Virus record (IMG/VR): IMGVR_UViG_3300025769_012879
Span: 1-64,000 of that record
Source of the DNA: a virus
DNA: 64,000 bases
Strand: one strand, 5' to 3'
The notes beneath the pieces were generated by a model, which was not told the DNA's origin, searched no databases, and was given only the letters and a program-made list of their open reading frames with translations. The translations under genes and the position numbers were made by a program. Below are positions 44,882 through 56,100 of this stretch, piece by piece (the first letter of the stretch is position 1; every line of letters begins with the position of its first letter).

Positions 44882-45435
44882 AGTCTTATCAGAAATATAA
44901 AGTAGAAGACCGCGCCTTGGTAACTTCTGCTATGAGAGGAAAAATAATAAGTCCAGGCGTTGTGATTCAGCACACTCTCAATAATTTGGTGCATTCAGAA
45001 AAGTCTGAACAGGAAATATTCCCAGTTGCGGTCCCTTTAAGAAAGGTTGTGTACATCACAGGTGGTAAGGTTGATCCAAACCTCAGTAGATACTTTCTTA
45101 GTTACGAAAACAACACAGACGATTATGTTTTAATGTTTGTTGAAATCCCAGGGATTAGTTTGCCATATGGCAATTTTTTTAACAAAGAAATTTCAAAAGA
45201 AGAATTTGAAGACTCTCTTATACCAATTTACGTCAAAAAAGAGCACATAAAAGAAATACCAGAGATTGGATCTATAGTGCTGGTGAAATACGAGGATCCA
45301 TCAGATCCTCTAACAGCAGAATATAATGGATTGCCTAGCAAAGATATTAGTGATGGTTTTTACAACACATATCAAAAACCAACATCGGCACAGTCATCAT
45401 TTCCAAGTGGGGCACCAACAGGAGATGCAACATGA
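44878..45435 (+). CDS. Possible baseplate spike OB-fold fragment
   Basis: PEIGSIVLV resembles the gp5/gpV PxxGxxV motif. Confidence 0.4.
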   Translation: MKSYQKYKVEDRALVTSAMRGKIISPGVVIQHTLNNLVHSEKSEQEIFPVAVPLRKVVYITGGKVDPNLSRYFLSYENNTDDYVLMFVEIPGISLPYGNFFNKEISKEEFEDSLIPIYVKKEHIKEIPEIGSIVLVKYEDPSDPLTAEYNGLPSKDISDGFYNTYQKPTSAQSSFPSGAPTGDAT

Positions 45436-46460
45436 CAATCAATGGATCAGTTTTAGAAAGAATTAATGAAGAACTTGAGGAACAAAGAAAAGTTATTGCT
45501 GAGGTTTCAAAAGGTAACACTTCAGCAGCATTAAGAAAAAACTTACAAAAACCAGACTTTACTGAAAATTCTGTCCTCGGAGGAGTTGTCAATCCTGGTG
45601 AGGCAGATTCAGTAATCGCACAATTACAAGACGCAAGATATGGAACACCTTTTACTGGCAAGGGAAAGGGTGGTGATTTTTCTAATAAAATTGTAATTGG
45701 TGTTGGATTTTTAAATGAACAAAAAACAGATGGAGATGTAATAGATCTGTCAGATCCAAACTTAAGATATGGTGCTGGAATAACAATCTATCAAAGAACT
45801 GATGTTGGAAAACCAAATACATTTTTAAGAGATATTGGAGGCGAATCGGGATCTAATACTGAAGAAAGGCAAAAACGCACAGAAAGAATGGCAACCACAC
45901 CAACGCCACAAAAGGCAATCTCTCTTCTGGACATGACTGGTGATGTTGTTCAAATAAAAGGTCGACAACAAGTTAACATAATCTCAGGTTATGATTTTTC
46001 AATACCAAACTATGGAACAAGTAAAGACGAAAGAAGCAACACTGATTATTTGGGTGTAAATCTTATTGGTGGTGGCAACCCATCAGATGAGGAGTTGCGA
46101 AATACTTCAGGCGAGTTTGGTTTACAATCAATACCAAAGGGTGAAAATTTACAAGAAGCGTTGCAACAAATAGGAAATAGAATCAATGAAAATGCTAAAA
46201 TACTAGGTAAAGTTATTAGAGGTTTGGCGATTCTAGAATCGACGTTACTTGCTCACACGCATGTTGTTCAGGCTGGTCCATTTCCAGGTATTGCACCACC
46301 CAGTATTGATTTTGCTATAGGCAGTAGTGTTAGAATCCCCGCTTTGATTAAAACAGCGCTTTCAAGTTTGACGCAAGTTTACAATTCAACTGCTCAGAAG
46401 GTCAACATGTCTGTTGTCTCAAAGGGGCATATTAACAGTAGGTGGAATAAAACGAACTAA
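45432..46460 (+). CDS. Baseplate spike-like protein (gp5/gpV C-terminal part)
   Basis: KGENL..L..AHTH metal-binding apex motif; position in the operon. Confidence 0.55.
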   Translation: MTINGSVLERINEELEEQRKVIAEVSKGNTSAALRKNLQKPDFTENSVLGGVVNPGEADSVIAQLQDARYGTPFTGKGKGGDFSNKIVIGVGFLNEQKTDGDVIDLSDPNLRYGAGITIYQRTDVGKPNTFLRDIGGESGSNTEERQKRTERMATTPTPQKAISLLDMTGDVVQIKGRQQVNIISGYDFSIPNYGTSKDERSNTDYLGVNLIGGGNPSDEELRNTSGEFGLQSIPKGENLQEALQQIGNRINENAKILGKVIRGLAILESTLLAHTHVVQAGPFPGIAPPSIDFAIGSSVRIPALIKTALSSLTQVYNSTAQKVNMSVVSKGHINSRWNKTN

Positions 46461-46461
46461 G

Positions 46462-48255
46462 ATGGCAACTAAACAAGAAGAAGCAAAAAAAGTAGCGGTA
46501 ACTGACGGTGGTGTAACACCACAAACAACAGCAGGTTGGGTAATTTCTACACAAGAAATAATTACACAACTTGATACGGGTGCAACTCAAATTGCAAATT
46601 TGACAAATCAGTTAAATGCAACACTGTCACAACTTGCTGGATTGGACTTAAATGGAAAGTGTAAGGGCGCGACGATTCCTACTACAGAGGGTGGGGATAC
46701 TTCTTTCTCAAGCGCAGCAAAAGGTTGTAACCCTTTCAGAGAAGATATTGAATCTCTTGGTGACGATCCTAGCGCAGCAGAAGTAACTGCTTTAGTTTTA
46801 AAAGTTATTGCCAAACTCACAGGACCGTCCAGGTTCCCAGCGTGCGTGTCAGAACAATACACCAAAATTTTAAGCATCATACCAGTTGAGTTTTATTTAC
46901 TTCTTTTACTAAAAAAACTTGTTGAAAATAGTTTAATAACTGTCGAAGAGATAGAAACTGTGGGTGCATGTAAAAATGTCCCAGGGTTAACTAAAAAGGT
47001 TAAGAACTTAGACTTCTCAATACCACAAGTACAAATTCCTACATTGCCGACACTGCCATATATTAATATTCCAGACCTGTATGACATTCTAATAAATTTA
47101 ATTTTAGAGGGCATCTGTTTTGGTTTGTGTACTGCTATAACACCGCTAATACAAAAATTAGCAGAAGCGGTGCAAGAATCAAATCAAAATGTTTTAGAGT
47201 CACTCTTCCCAGTAACAGAATCAGAGAGTCAACCTTTAAAGAAGGTACCAGTTGGTCAGTTCTTAAATGATGCTGTATTGACTGAAATAAAATCATTTGT
47301 TAATAAAAACATACCAAATCCTGATGACATCTCAAAAGAACAAATAAAAAATTACATTATTAATGTTCAATCAGATGACTCAATTACACAAGAACAATTT
47401 TTATTTTTATTATTGGGTAAACTTGACTGTGGAGTTGTTGAGAAGGTTCAAAAAATCCCTGAAACTATAAAAGTTTTTGATTTAGATAGTGAAAATAAAG
47501 TTTTAGGGTTCTTCTCTTTTGTTGGTAGCGTAATAAACATGTTAAGTTTTGCCAATTCATCAAAAACTGGTATTTGTGATCCAGATCCTTGTGAAATTAA
47601 TCCAGATACAGTACAAGGTATAAGTGACATATGTTCTCTATTTGCAGATCCAACCGCAAATATTTCAGCAAATGATCTGTTAAATGAGTCAGGTGTTTCA
47701 AACTTTATTTCTGATAATTTAAAAGAACTTTTTGATAATATTGCAAAATTAAATAAAACTTATAATCCAGTTATTGGACTTGAAGGCACAACCGATGACC
47801 CAGCAGAGGCAGCGAAACAGAGAGATAACATACAATCACAGTCATATATTAAAAAATACAGTGATTTTATTCTAAACTTTAATGAGATTTTAATCGTTTC
47901 ATATGATAATGTAAGTCAAACCACAGATTTTGAAAGAACAACTATAAGAGATGTAGTTTTTAAAATTAGAGACAAGTATTATCTTGAAACATTCCCATTC
48001 GCTCGCGTTTATGCGCTTAAGGAGTTACAAGGTCAGCAAAAATTGATTTCATCAGATGATTTTACTGGTAATAACGGCATAACAAATATTGGTTTGTCAC
48101 CAAAATCAGATTTTAAATATAATGGATATTCTAGATTTTCTAGTCAGCAAATAAAGAACAAACTAAATGCTTTATCCGAAGATCTCGATATAAAAATAGA
48201 AGAGACTAATTCTGACATGGAAGACTTTTTGCTTCTGAAGGCAGAATACTTATAA
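46462..48255 (+). CDS. Cys-containing baseplate-region protein
   Basis: ATG 46462 directly after the previous stop; IPTLPTLP repeat. Confidence 0.6.
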   Translation: MATKQEEAKKVAVTDGGVTPQTTAGWVISTQEIITQLDTGATQIANLTNQLNATLSQLAGLDLNGKCKGATIPTTEGGDTSFSSAAKGCNPFREDIESLGDDPSAAEVTALVLKVIAKLTGPSRFPACVSEQYTKILSIIPVEFYLLLLLKKLVENSLITVEEIETVGACKNVPGLTKKVKNLDFSIPQVQIPTLPTLPYINIPDLYDILINLILEGICFGLCTAITPLIQKLAEAVQESNQNVLESLFPVTESESQPLKKVPVGQFLNDAVLTEIKSFVNKNIPNPDDISKEQIKNYIINVQSDDSITQEQFLFLLLGKLDCGVVEKVQKIPETIKVFDLDSENKVLGFFSFVGSVINMLSFANSSKTGICDPDPCEINPDTVQGISDICSLFADPTANISANDLLNESGVSNFISDNLKELFDNIAKLNKTYNPVIGLEGTTDDPAEAAKQRDNIQSQSYIKKYSDFILNFNEILIVSYDNVSQTTDFERTTIRDVVFKIRDKYYLETFPFARVYALKELQGQQKLISSDDFTGNNGITNIGLSPKSDFKYNGYSRFSSQQIKNKLNALSEDLDIKIEETNSDMEDFLLLKAEYL

Positions 48256-48273
48256 CTAAAGGCGTTGATATAG

Positions 48274-49455
48274 ATGATAGGTTTTAAACAGTATACAATA
48301 GCAGCATTAGAATACTTGATTGGTGAAAGAATGAGAAATTATTTTCTCTTTTACTATGGTCCAAGAATTCTTTTATATGTTGAAAATAGAGATTTTTTTT
48401 ACAAAGGCGATAACTTAATAACTGTAGAAGAGGGCGCACAGAAAACTTATGATCTTTACAGAAACAATACAAAAGTTTTATACCCTGAAGATACAAGTTT
48501 TGATTTTGGTACCATAAGTGAGAGCACGCTGCCTTATTATGAATTTGCAGCAGATTACTTAAAACAGAATGGCAGAGTTGCAACAATAACACCGCCTGAC
48601 CCTAGCGTGAGCATAACACCTCTTAGAGAACTATTTTTTCAACAATTATATAAATTTAAGTTGCAAATTAGTTTAGATATTACTGCACTTTCTGTAGATC
48701 AGCGCACTGTTATAAAAGACTTTTTAGATTATTTAAAAACACCTACTGAAAGTTCTCAAAAAATAGCACTAGATGAGAGCGAATATGATTTGCAACTTAG
48801 AACGCTATTAAACGGTTCTAATTTTTCAGTATTTAAGTTTTTTAAATTTCAAAATGACGTAGGTCAAGATTCAGGACCTTGTTGTGCTTTTGCGGATAAA
48901 ATGCCATTGCAACCAAGCGTTGAAGGATCGCAAGACCCGCTTGAACTAGAACCAAGCAGGGCGCTTGTTTCATTTTCGGCGTCTACTACAGAATTAGATA
49001 AGAAACTGGCAAGAATTATAAAGGCATGTGCGGGGTTTGGAACTGATGAGAAGGCAATTAAAGATACAGTTAAAAACATGAGTCAAGCGGAAAAGTGTTA
49101 TGTTTGTAAAAGGAAGAAAGAGTTTAAAGGTCCAAGATCCATTCTTGCAGAGATTGAGAGCGAGTTGAGTGGTACTACACTTTTATTTGTTTATGATGCC
49201 TTAAATTGTAAACAATTCGGATGGAGTAAAAAAGAAGGAAATGTTAAAGGATCAACAATTGCACAAGGATCTGCTGCGGCATCAAAGTGTAAAAAACCTT
49301 TTGAAGAGCAGAATGTTGACAAAGGTGATTTTTCAAATATTGCAGATGTTGCAGACAGTAAAAAGTTCTACAGAAACATTGCCTTGAGGAACGCGGTGAA
49401 TAATACGAATGATATTATAGATCAGAACCTAATTAGTGTAATAGACGGAGAGTAA
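48274..49455 (+). CDS. Baseplate-region protein with an annexin-like repeat
   Basis: IIKACAGFGTDEKAI...SILAEIESELSG. Confidence 0.65.
   Translation: MIGFKQYTIAALEYLIGERMRNYFLFYYGPRILLYVENRDFFYKGDNLITVEEGAQKTYDLYRNNTKVLYPEDTSFDFGTISESTLPYYEFAADYLKQNGRVATITPPDPSVSITPLRELFFQQLYKFKLQISLDITALSVDQRTVIKDFLDYLKTPTESSQKIALDESEYDLQLRTLLNGSNFSVFKFFKFQNDVGQDSGPCCAFADKMPLQPSVEGSQDPLELEPSRALVSFSASTTELDKKLARIIKACAGFGTDEKAIKDTVKNMSQAEKCYVCKRKKEFKGPRSILAEIESELSGTTLLFVYDALNCKQFGWSKKEGNVKGSTIAQGSAAASKCKKPFEEQNVDKGDFSNIADVADSKKFYRNIALRNAVNNTNDIIDQNLISVIDGE
49429..49435 (+). promoter_or_regulatory. Putative late promoter CTAATTA
   Basis: Upstream of the gp25-like gene, followed by GGAGAG SD. Confidence 0.5.
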
Positions 49456-49458
49456 AAA

Positions 49459-49839
49459 ATGCCAGTAGGTATATCAGCAAAACTTCCACTTGCATACACA
49501 AAGGTCGACGGACCATATCTTTTAACAAAAGATTTGCAAGAAAATGCAAGACAGAATTTAAAAAATTTAATTTTTACAATTCCTGGTGAAAGAATTATGA
49601 ATACTGATTTTGGCGTTGGGTTTAGTTCTTTATTGTTTGAGAATTACAACCAACAAATGATTGAGGGGTTGAAGGAAAGACTATTTACACAGGTGGATAG
49701 ATATCTACCATTTATAAATATTTTAAATGTAATTACTAGAATAGAGGAAAACACTGCTTATTTGAGAGTTGAATATTACATACCAAACATTGCAGTTTCT
49801 GATACTTTGGAACTTGACGTTAAAAATAATTTTGAGTAG
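49459..49839 (+). CDS. Baseplate wedge subunit, gp25/GPW family
   Basis: NLKNLIFTIPGERIMNTDFG. Confidence 0.9.
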   Translation: MPVGISAKLPLAYTKVDGPYLLTKDLQENARQNLKNLIFTIPGERIMNTDFGVGFSSLLFENYNQQMIEGLKERLFTQVDRYLPFINILNVITRIEENTAYLRVEYYIPNIAVSDTLELDVKNNFE

Positions 49840-49847
49840 GGAAAGAG

Positions 49848-51641
49848 ATGCCAAATAAAAAAGTAAAACCAGTAAAATATGCCAGCAAAAACTTTGAAGA
49901 AATAAAGCAACAGTTGGTGACATATGCAAAAACTTATTATCCTGATACATACAAGGATTTTAATCAGGCGTCTTTTGGTTCTTTAATGCTTGACACAGTT
50001 GCCTACATAGGTGACATGCTTTCGTTTTATATCGATTATCAATCAAACGAATCTTTTATTGATAGCGCAATAGAAACTCAGAATCTTTTAAAGTTAGCAA
50101 AGCAATTTGGATATAAAAACCCTGCTTCTTTTTCATCAGCAGGCAAATGCGCCTTTTATGTTCAGGTCCCTGCCAATACTGATGGAACACAAAATTTCGA
50201 TTTAATTCCTACTCTTAAAGAGGGAACAACTCTTTCAAGTAACACCGGAACATCATTTACACTTACATCAGATGTAGACTTCACAAAAACAGATACAGAA
50301 ATTGTTGTTGCAGCAGAAGTTGAAGGAGTTCCAACAATATATGCCTATAAGTCTTACGGCGATGTTTTATCTGGTATTATAGAGACTGAGATATTGGAAG
50401 TCACCCAATACGAAAAGTTTTTAAAATTAACTTTGGATGCAGATGAGATAACTGAAATTATTTCTGTAGTGGATAAAGAGGGTAATGAGTATTATGAGGT
50501 TCCCTATCTTTCTCACAATGTAATTCTACAACCAATAAGAAATCCAAATATTGAAGGCGGCGAAGATGCCCCATATATTTTAAGAGAGAAATTGTCATCT
50601 AGAAGATTCATAGTTGACGTTGATGAGAACGGTAAAACCTCCTTACAGTTTGGATATGGTTCAGAAGACAGCATAAAAGAAGATGATTACCCTGATCCAT
50701 CTAGAACTTCATTGCAGAGGTATGCCAGAACATATTATTCAGACGATAGTTTTGATCCAAATGTTTTATTGGAAAATGATAAGTTTGGTGTCGTACCACC
50801 TGTTGGTGGATTAAGTGTAACTTTTAGACGCAACAATGGTGATTCTGTTAATGTGCCAGTAAATTCTGTAGATTCTGTTGATGAACCACAATTATCTTTT
50901 AACACTGATAGTCCTCCCTCTTCTGAGAATCTTTCTTTTATCAGATCATCACTTGATGTTGATAACGAAGAAGCAATATTGGGGAATGTCGCAGATGTTA
51001 CCCAGGAAGAAATTAGAATCAGAGCATTAAACGCCTATTCTTTGCAGAATAGAGCAGTGACTCAACAAGATTACATTAGTTTAATATATCGAATGCCAGC
51101 AAAGTTTGGCGCTATTAAAAGAGCAAATATCGTTCAGGACAAGGATTCATTTAAAAGAAACTTAAACTTGTACGTCATATCTGAGGATATAGATGGAAAT
51201 CTAACAACAACACCATCAACAGTCAAAGAGAATTTGAAGGTTTGGTTGAATCAATATAAAATGATTAATGACACAATCGATATTTTAGATGGGTATGTGG
51301 TAAATTATTTTGTAGAATACAAAGTTTTGGGCGCATTAGATTACTCACAGTCAGAAGTTTTAAACCAGTGTAATGACGCAATAAAGCAGTTGTTGGCAAC
51401 TCAATCTTTGTTTGGGCAACCATTTTACATTTCTGACATCTATAAAGTATTAAATGATCTTGATTCTGTTATTGACACTCAAGATGTGCAAATTAAACAA
51501 AGATTTGGTGAAAATTATAGTCCATTTGCTTTTGATATCAACGGTGCAACAACTGACGATGGCAGATTTATCATTGTACCAGAAAATGCAATTATGGAAT
51601 TAAAATCACCAGATGAAAATATTATTGGAGTGGTAGTCTAA
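49848..51641 (+). CDS. Baseplate wedge subunit, T4 gp6-like
   Basis: FEEIK..L..Y; AYIGDMLSFY; LQFG; QNRAVTQQDY. Confidence 0.9.
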   Translation: MPNKKVKPVKYASKNFEEIKQQLVTYAKTYYPDTYKDFNQASFGSLMLDTVAYIGDMLSFYIDYQSNESFIDSAIETQNLLKLAKQFGYKNPASFSSAGKCAFYVQVPANTDGTQNFDLIPTLKEGTTLSSNTGTSFTLTSDVDFTKTDTEIVVAAEVEGVPTIYAYKSYGDVLSGIIETEILEVTQYEKFLKLTLDADEITEIISVVDKEGNEYYEVPYLSHNVILQPIRNPNIEGGEDAPYILREKLSSRRFIVDVDENGKTSLQFGYGSEDSIKEDDYPDPSRTSLQRYARTYYSDDSFDPNVLLENDKFGVVPPVGGLSVTFRRNNGDSVNVPVNSVDSVDEPQLSFNTDSPPSSENLSFIRSSLDVDNEEAILGNVADVTQEEIRIRALNAYSLQNRAVTQQDYISLIYRMPAKFGAIKRANIVQDKDSFKRNLNLYVISEDIDGNLTTTPSTVKENLKVWLNQYKMINDTIDILDGYVVNYFVEYKVLGALDYSQSEVLNQCNDAIKQLLATQSLFGQPFYISDIYKVLNDLDSVIDTQDVQIKQRFGENYSPFAFDINGATTDDGRFIIVPENAIMELKSPDENIIGVVV

Positions 51642-53116
51642 TGGCAATCAGAAGATTTAAAGCAACAAAAGATAATACCATCACTAACGCGTTTAAAGCG
51701 AACCTTACTACTCGTGGTACTGGTTCAAACATGGGTGAATCAGATATTCTAGAAGTTTTTAGTATATATGCACAAGCAAACACCGCTTCTAGTGAGTTAT
51801 CAAGAGTTTTAATTGAGTTTGACATCAACGCTTTGTCAGCATCAAGAGACAGTGGCAATATCCCAGATTCTGGATCTGTTGATTTTTACTTAAGAATGTT
51901 TAATGCTGAACATTCTTCAACCACCCCAACAAACTATACTCTTACAGTCGCAGCAATCTCACAGTCATGGACAGAAGGAATTGGTCTTGATATGGATGAT
52001 TACTCTGATCCTGGCGCTTCAAACTGGATTGATGCAAGTTCCACTACTACATGGACCATTCAAGGTGGTGATTACCTTACTGGAACATTGGATACCGTTT
52101 CAACACAAGTATTCCCCACAGGTATCGAAGATTTACAGGTTGATGTAACTCATCAAGTTGAAGAGTGGTTAAATAACAATACTGCTAGTTATGGATTTGG
52201 CGTATTTTTAACATCATCTTTAGAAGAGGCAGCAACTTCATACTACACAAAGAAATTCTTTGCAAGAGATAGTCAATACTTTTTGAAGCGACCCGTTATT
52301 GAAGCAAGGTGGAACGACAACAGAGGCGATGATGCTGCTAATTTCTATTTGAGTTCATCTAGAGTTCCAGCAGCAGATAACTTAAATAAACTATACCTTT
52401 ACAACTATGTTAGAGGTCAGTTGCAAAATATACCAGGAGTTGGAACTGGAGATATTTTATTGAGTGTTTACTCTGGTTCTAATTCTGTTTTAGATACATC
52501 AAAGATAGGACTTCCTGTTGGCGGCGGTGTTGTTGCCAATGGGGATAGAAACATTACGGGTAGTTATGTTTCAACAGGTATTTATTCAGCAGAGTTTGCC
52601 TACACAAGTTCAGGTATAACTGAAATATATCCAGTTTGGCACAGCGGATCAACAGAATACTTAACTGCATCAGCAGTTACAGTGAATACTTTTGAGACAC
52701 AAACACCCTACCCTATAAATTCTTATAAAACAAGTATTACGAACCTACAGTCTGAATATGGATCATCTGACGTTGCTCACTTTAGAGTGTTTGTACAAAA
52801 CAAAAACTTTGAAGCAACTGTTTATACTATTGCATCAACAGCAGTTGAACCAACAATTGTAGAGAAAATGTATTACAAGGTTCAAAGATTTGTTGATGAG
52901 CAGGTAGTAATTGATTACGGCACTGGGTCTGGAAATGCAAGTTATTCACAACTTTCTTATGATTCTGCTGGAAATTATTTTGATTTGGATATGAGCGTCT
53001 TCGAACCAGATTTTTCATATCAAATTAGTTTTTTAATTAATGACGCAGGTAATTACTATGAACTAAAAGATAAATTTAAATTTAGAGTAATTGACGAAAA
53101 CGACCTACCGGGTTAA
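51641..53116 (+). CDS. Virion structural protein, DNRLRE-like beta-sandwich
   Basis: ATKDNTI, SRVLIEFD, SWTEG.G, GGD, KKFFAR..P.IEARW. Confidence 0.65.
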   Translation: MAIRRFKATKDNTITNAFKANLTTRGTGSNMGESDILEVFSIYAQANTASSELSRVLIEFDINALSASRDSGNIPDSGSVDFYLRMFNAEHSSTTPTNYTLTVAAISQSWTEGIGLDMDDYSDPGASNWIDASSTTTWTIQGGDYLTGTLDTVSTQVFPTGIEDLQVDVTHQVEEWLNNNTASYGFGVFLTSSLEEAATSYYTKKFFARDSQYFLKRPVIEARWNDNRGDDAANFYLSSSRVPAADNLNKLYLYNYVRGQLQNIPGVGTGDILLSVYSGSNSVLDTSKIGLPVGGGVVANGDRNITGSYVSTGIYSAEFAYTSSGITEIYPVWHSGSTEYLTASAVTVNTFETQTPYPINSYKTSITNLQSEYGSSDVAHFRVFVQNKNFEATVYTIASTAVEPTIVEKMYYKVQRFVDEQVVIDYGTGSGNASYSQLSYDSAGNYFDLDMSVFEPDFSYQISFLINDAGNYYELKDKFKFRVIDENDLPG

Positions 53117-53148
53117 TAAAAATCTAATAGCAAAATAATTATAAAGAC

Positions 53149-56100
53149 ATGGGTACAAAAAGTTTTTTTAACAAGCAGAAGTCACAAGAAGTAAAAGTTC
53201 GCGGACAAGAAAAATCAACAATCGCAGATATCAGAGATGATATTGAATCTGAAGATTATGTAAAAGAACATACAATAGATAAGTTAAACTTTTTACCTGA
53301 GTTGGACTTTGAAGATCCCAAAAATTTTGTAAAATACGGATCTGCAAAAGATTACTATGTTGATTTAGTTGATAGCGTTGTTCAATCATATCCATATGAT
53401 GGATCTCTCGCAGAAAAATTAAATTATCGAAATGGATTGGTTGCAATTCAAAAACACGAGTTTGATAAAAACTATCCAAGGTTTGTTGGTTATGCAAACT
53501 TTGGAGATGAAAGTTACTCTGCTGTTCTTGGAACTCCATTCACAGTAGGCGACATAACTTTTACTTTTGGTCAGAACGTAACAGATCATTACGTTATAAC
53601 AGACAACTACTCTAAAAATCTTGTATATAATTCTACTTCAAGTCAGGTTGGCAGTATTGAACTTAACTTTTCTGAAGGAGTAACGGTAGAATTTTGGATG
53701 AAAAAGGAATTTTTTCCTGATCCTAGTGAAACACAGAATGAGGTTATTTTCTCTATTAGTAACGAGAGAACCGCAACTGACCTATTTCAAATTACAACTG
53801 ATGTAACTGGATCGGGTAAAGAGAAATTATATGCAACTTTTTCAAAGACAACTTCTTATGAACCAGAGTTCGTATACGAATTTGACACCGGCATTTCACA
53901 ATCCAATGGTCTTGGTTTGGCAGATGGCAACTGGCACCATTATGCGTTTGCCTTCTCTACCAGTTCAACTGGATATGTTGGAGAGTTTTACGTTGACGGT
54001 CGATTTAGGGAAAAGAAGTTTTACACGCATCCAAGTCCACAATTCAATTTGACGGGTACTCTTGATGCCACAGTCGCCGCCTCATCTCACTATACATATT
54101 TGGGGGACGGTTCGCTTCTTGGTTCTATTGACGAAGTTCGTCTTTGGAAAACCGCAAGAAACGCCAAAGAAATTGGCGTAAATTACTTTTTTGATGTCGG
54201 CGGCGGCGGCAATACCGACACAACAAAAGTTAATGACAACAATCCATTAGGATTATCGCTATATTATAAGTTTAATGAGAGCAACACAGGTGATTCTAAT
54301 GTTGATAGTGTTGTATTGGATTATTCTGGGCGTTTAACAGATGGAGTCTGGGTTGGATACAATACCACCTCAAGAACTTCGGGATCTGCAATAATTGAAT
54401 CAGGTACCACTAGAGAAGTTGGTGAACCAATTATATATTCAACTCACCCAGATGTTGTTACATACAAAGCAGATAAAATAACTTCTGGTTCATTGTATGA
54501 CGCTGAAAACATTGGCAGCATGTACGACATGCTACCACAGTGGATAAGCGACGACGATGCCGCCAACGGTCTTCTAATTCGTAAGATGATGCAGATTATG
54601 TCTAGTTACCTAGACACGCTTCACGCGCAAATTACGGCGATTTCACAACTACAAGATGGATCTTATGTTAGTGGGTCAAATGCCAAACCAAATCCATTCT
54701 CAAAAAGAAATCTGATTTCTTATGGATTTGACATCCCAGATGTGTTTATTGACCCAGGCGTTATTGAAGAAATATACTTTAAAGACGAGAAAAGAGTTTA
54801 TGAAGAAAAATTATATAATCTAAAAAACTTAATTTTTCAAAACATATTTAACAACTTAAATTACATTAATAAATCTAAAGGTACAGAGAAGTCATTTAGA
54901 AACTTGTTCCGCTGCTTTGGAGTTGACAATGAACTTGTTCGTTTGAACATGTATGCAGATGGTCAAGAATATGAATTAAAAGAGAACTATGTAGCGTCAC
55001 AAGCAAAAAGAAACATTATTGATTTGTCCGGTTACAACGATGGAAATAGTAGATCATCAGTAATCTACACATTCGCAGATCCATCTAAAAGCACCGATGA
55101 GACAGGTGATAGTGGATACATCCCATCCTCATCAAACGTTTATATTCCATTGACTTTTGAAAACCAGTTTCAATTTCCTAAGTTTGTAGATTTTCCTGAC
55201 AATTATTTGGACAAATTATCAAAAGTTTCATTGTTCGGTGTACACAGCGCCAGTAGTGACACTACAAGCACAACTATCCCAACGGGCGATTTGAACTTTA
55301 AGGTATATGCAGAGACAAATACAAACAATAAAACACAATTTGTCTTAGAGACCAATATTGGAACTGTTACTGAATTAACATCTTCATTCTACGAGGATGT
55401 TTATGACAACACCAATTGGACTTTCGCTGTTAGAACAAAACCAAGAGAATATCCTTTTGCTCAACATGTAACAGCATCAGATGTATTCGATTTAGAATTT
55501 TACGGTGTAAATTATGTTTCAGGGTATAAATTACATGAATTTACTGCTTCGGCAGAGGTGAATTTAAACGACGACATAGGACAATTTATAACAGGGTCCA
55601 ACAAGAGATTGTATGTTGGAGCAGATAGGGAGAACATTACAGGGTCTCTAAACTATAAATCAAATACAAGGTTGGTATCATCACGCGTTTGGTTTGATTA
55701 CCTTGAAGATCAAGAACTTAGAAACCATGCAAAAGACGTTACAAATTACGGTAGAGAGTATCCATATCAAAATTCATTCATATTTGAAAATGGAGAGTCA
55801 GAAAGTTATGTTCCAAGAATTAGCACTTTGGCACTTCACTGGAATTTTGAAAATATTACAGGTTCTGACTCAAGCGGCAAGTTCTTAATTCAAGATACCA
55901 CATCTGGATCAAGTTATGAACTCGATTCAAGGTTTGCAGGTGGAGAATACTCTAGATATGTTGGTCCAAACTACAGCGGACAAGGTTCAGAATTTTCTAC
56001 TAACTCAACAGACGTTGTAGATTTTCTATTTGTTGATACAGCAGAACAACAGTTGCCAGAAAACTTATATAGTTCTGATTTAATTGAGATTAGGCAAGGG

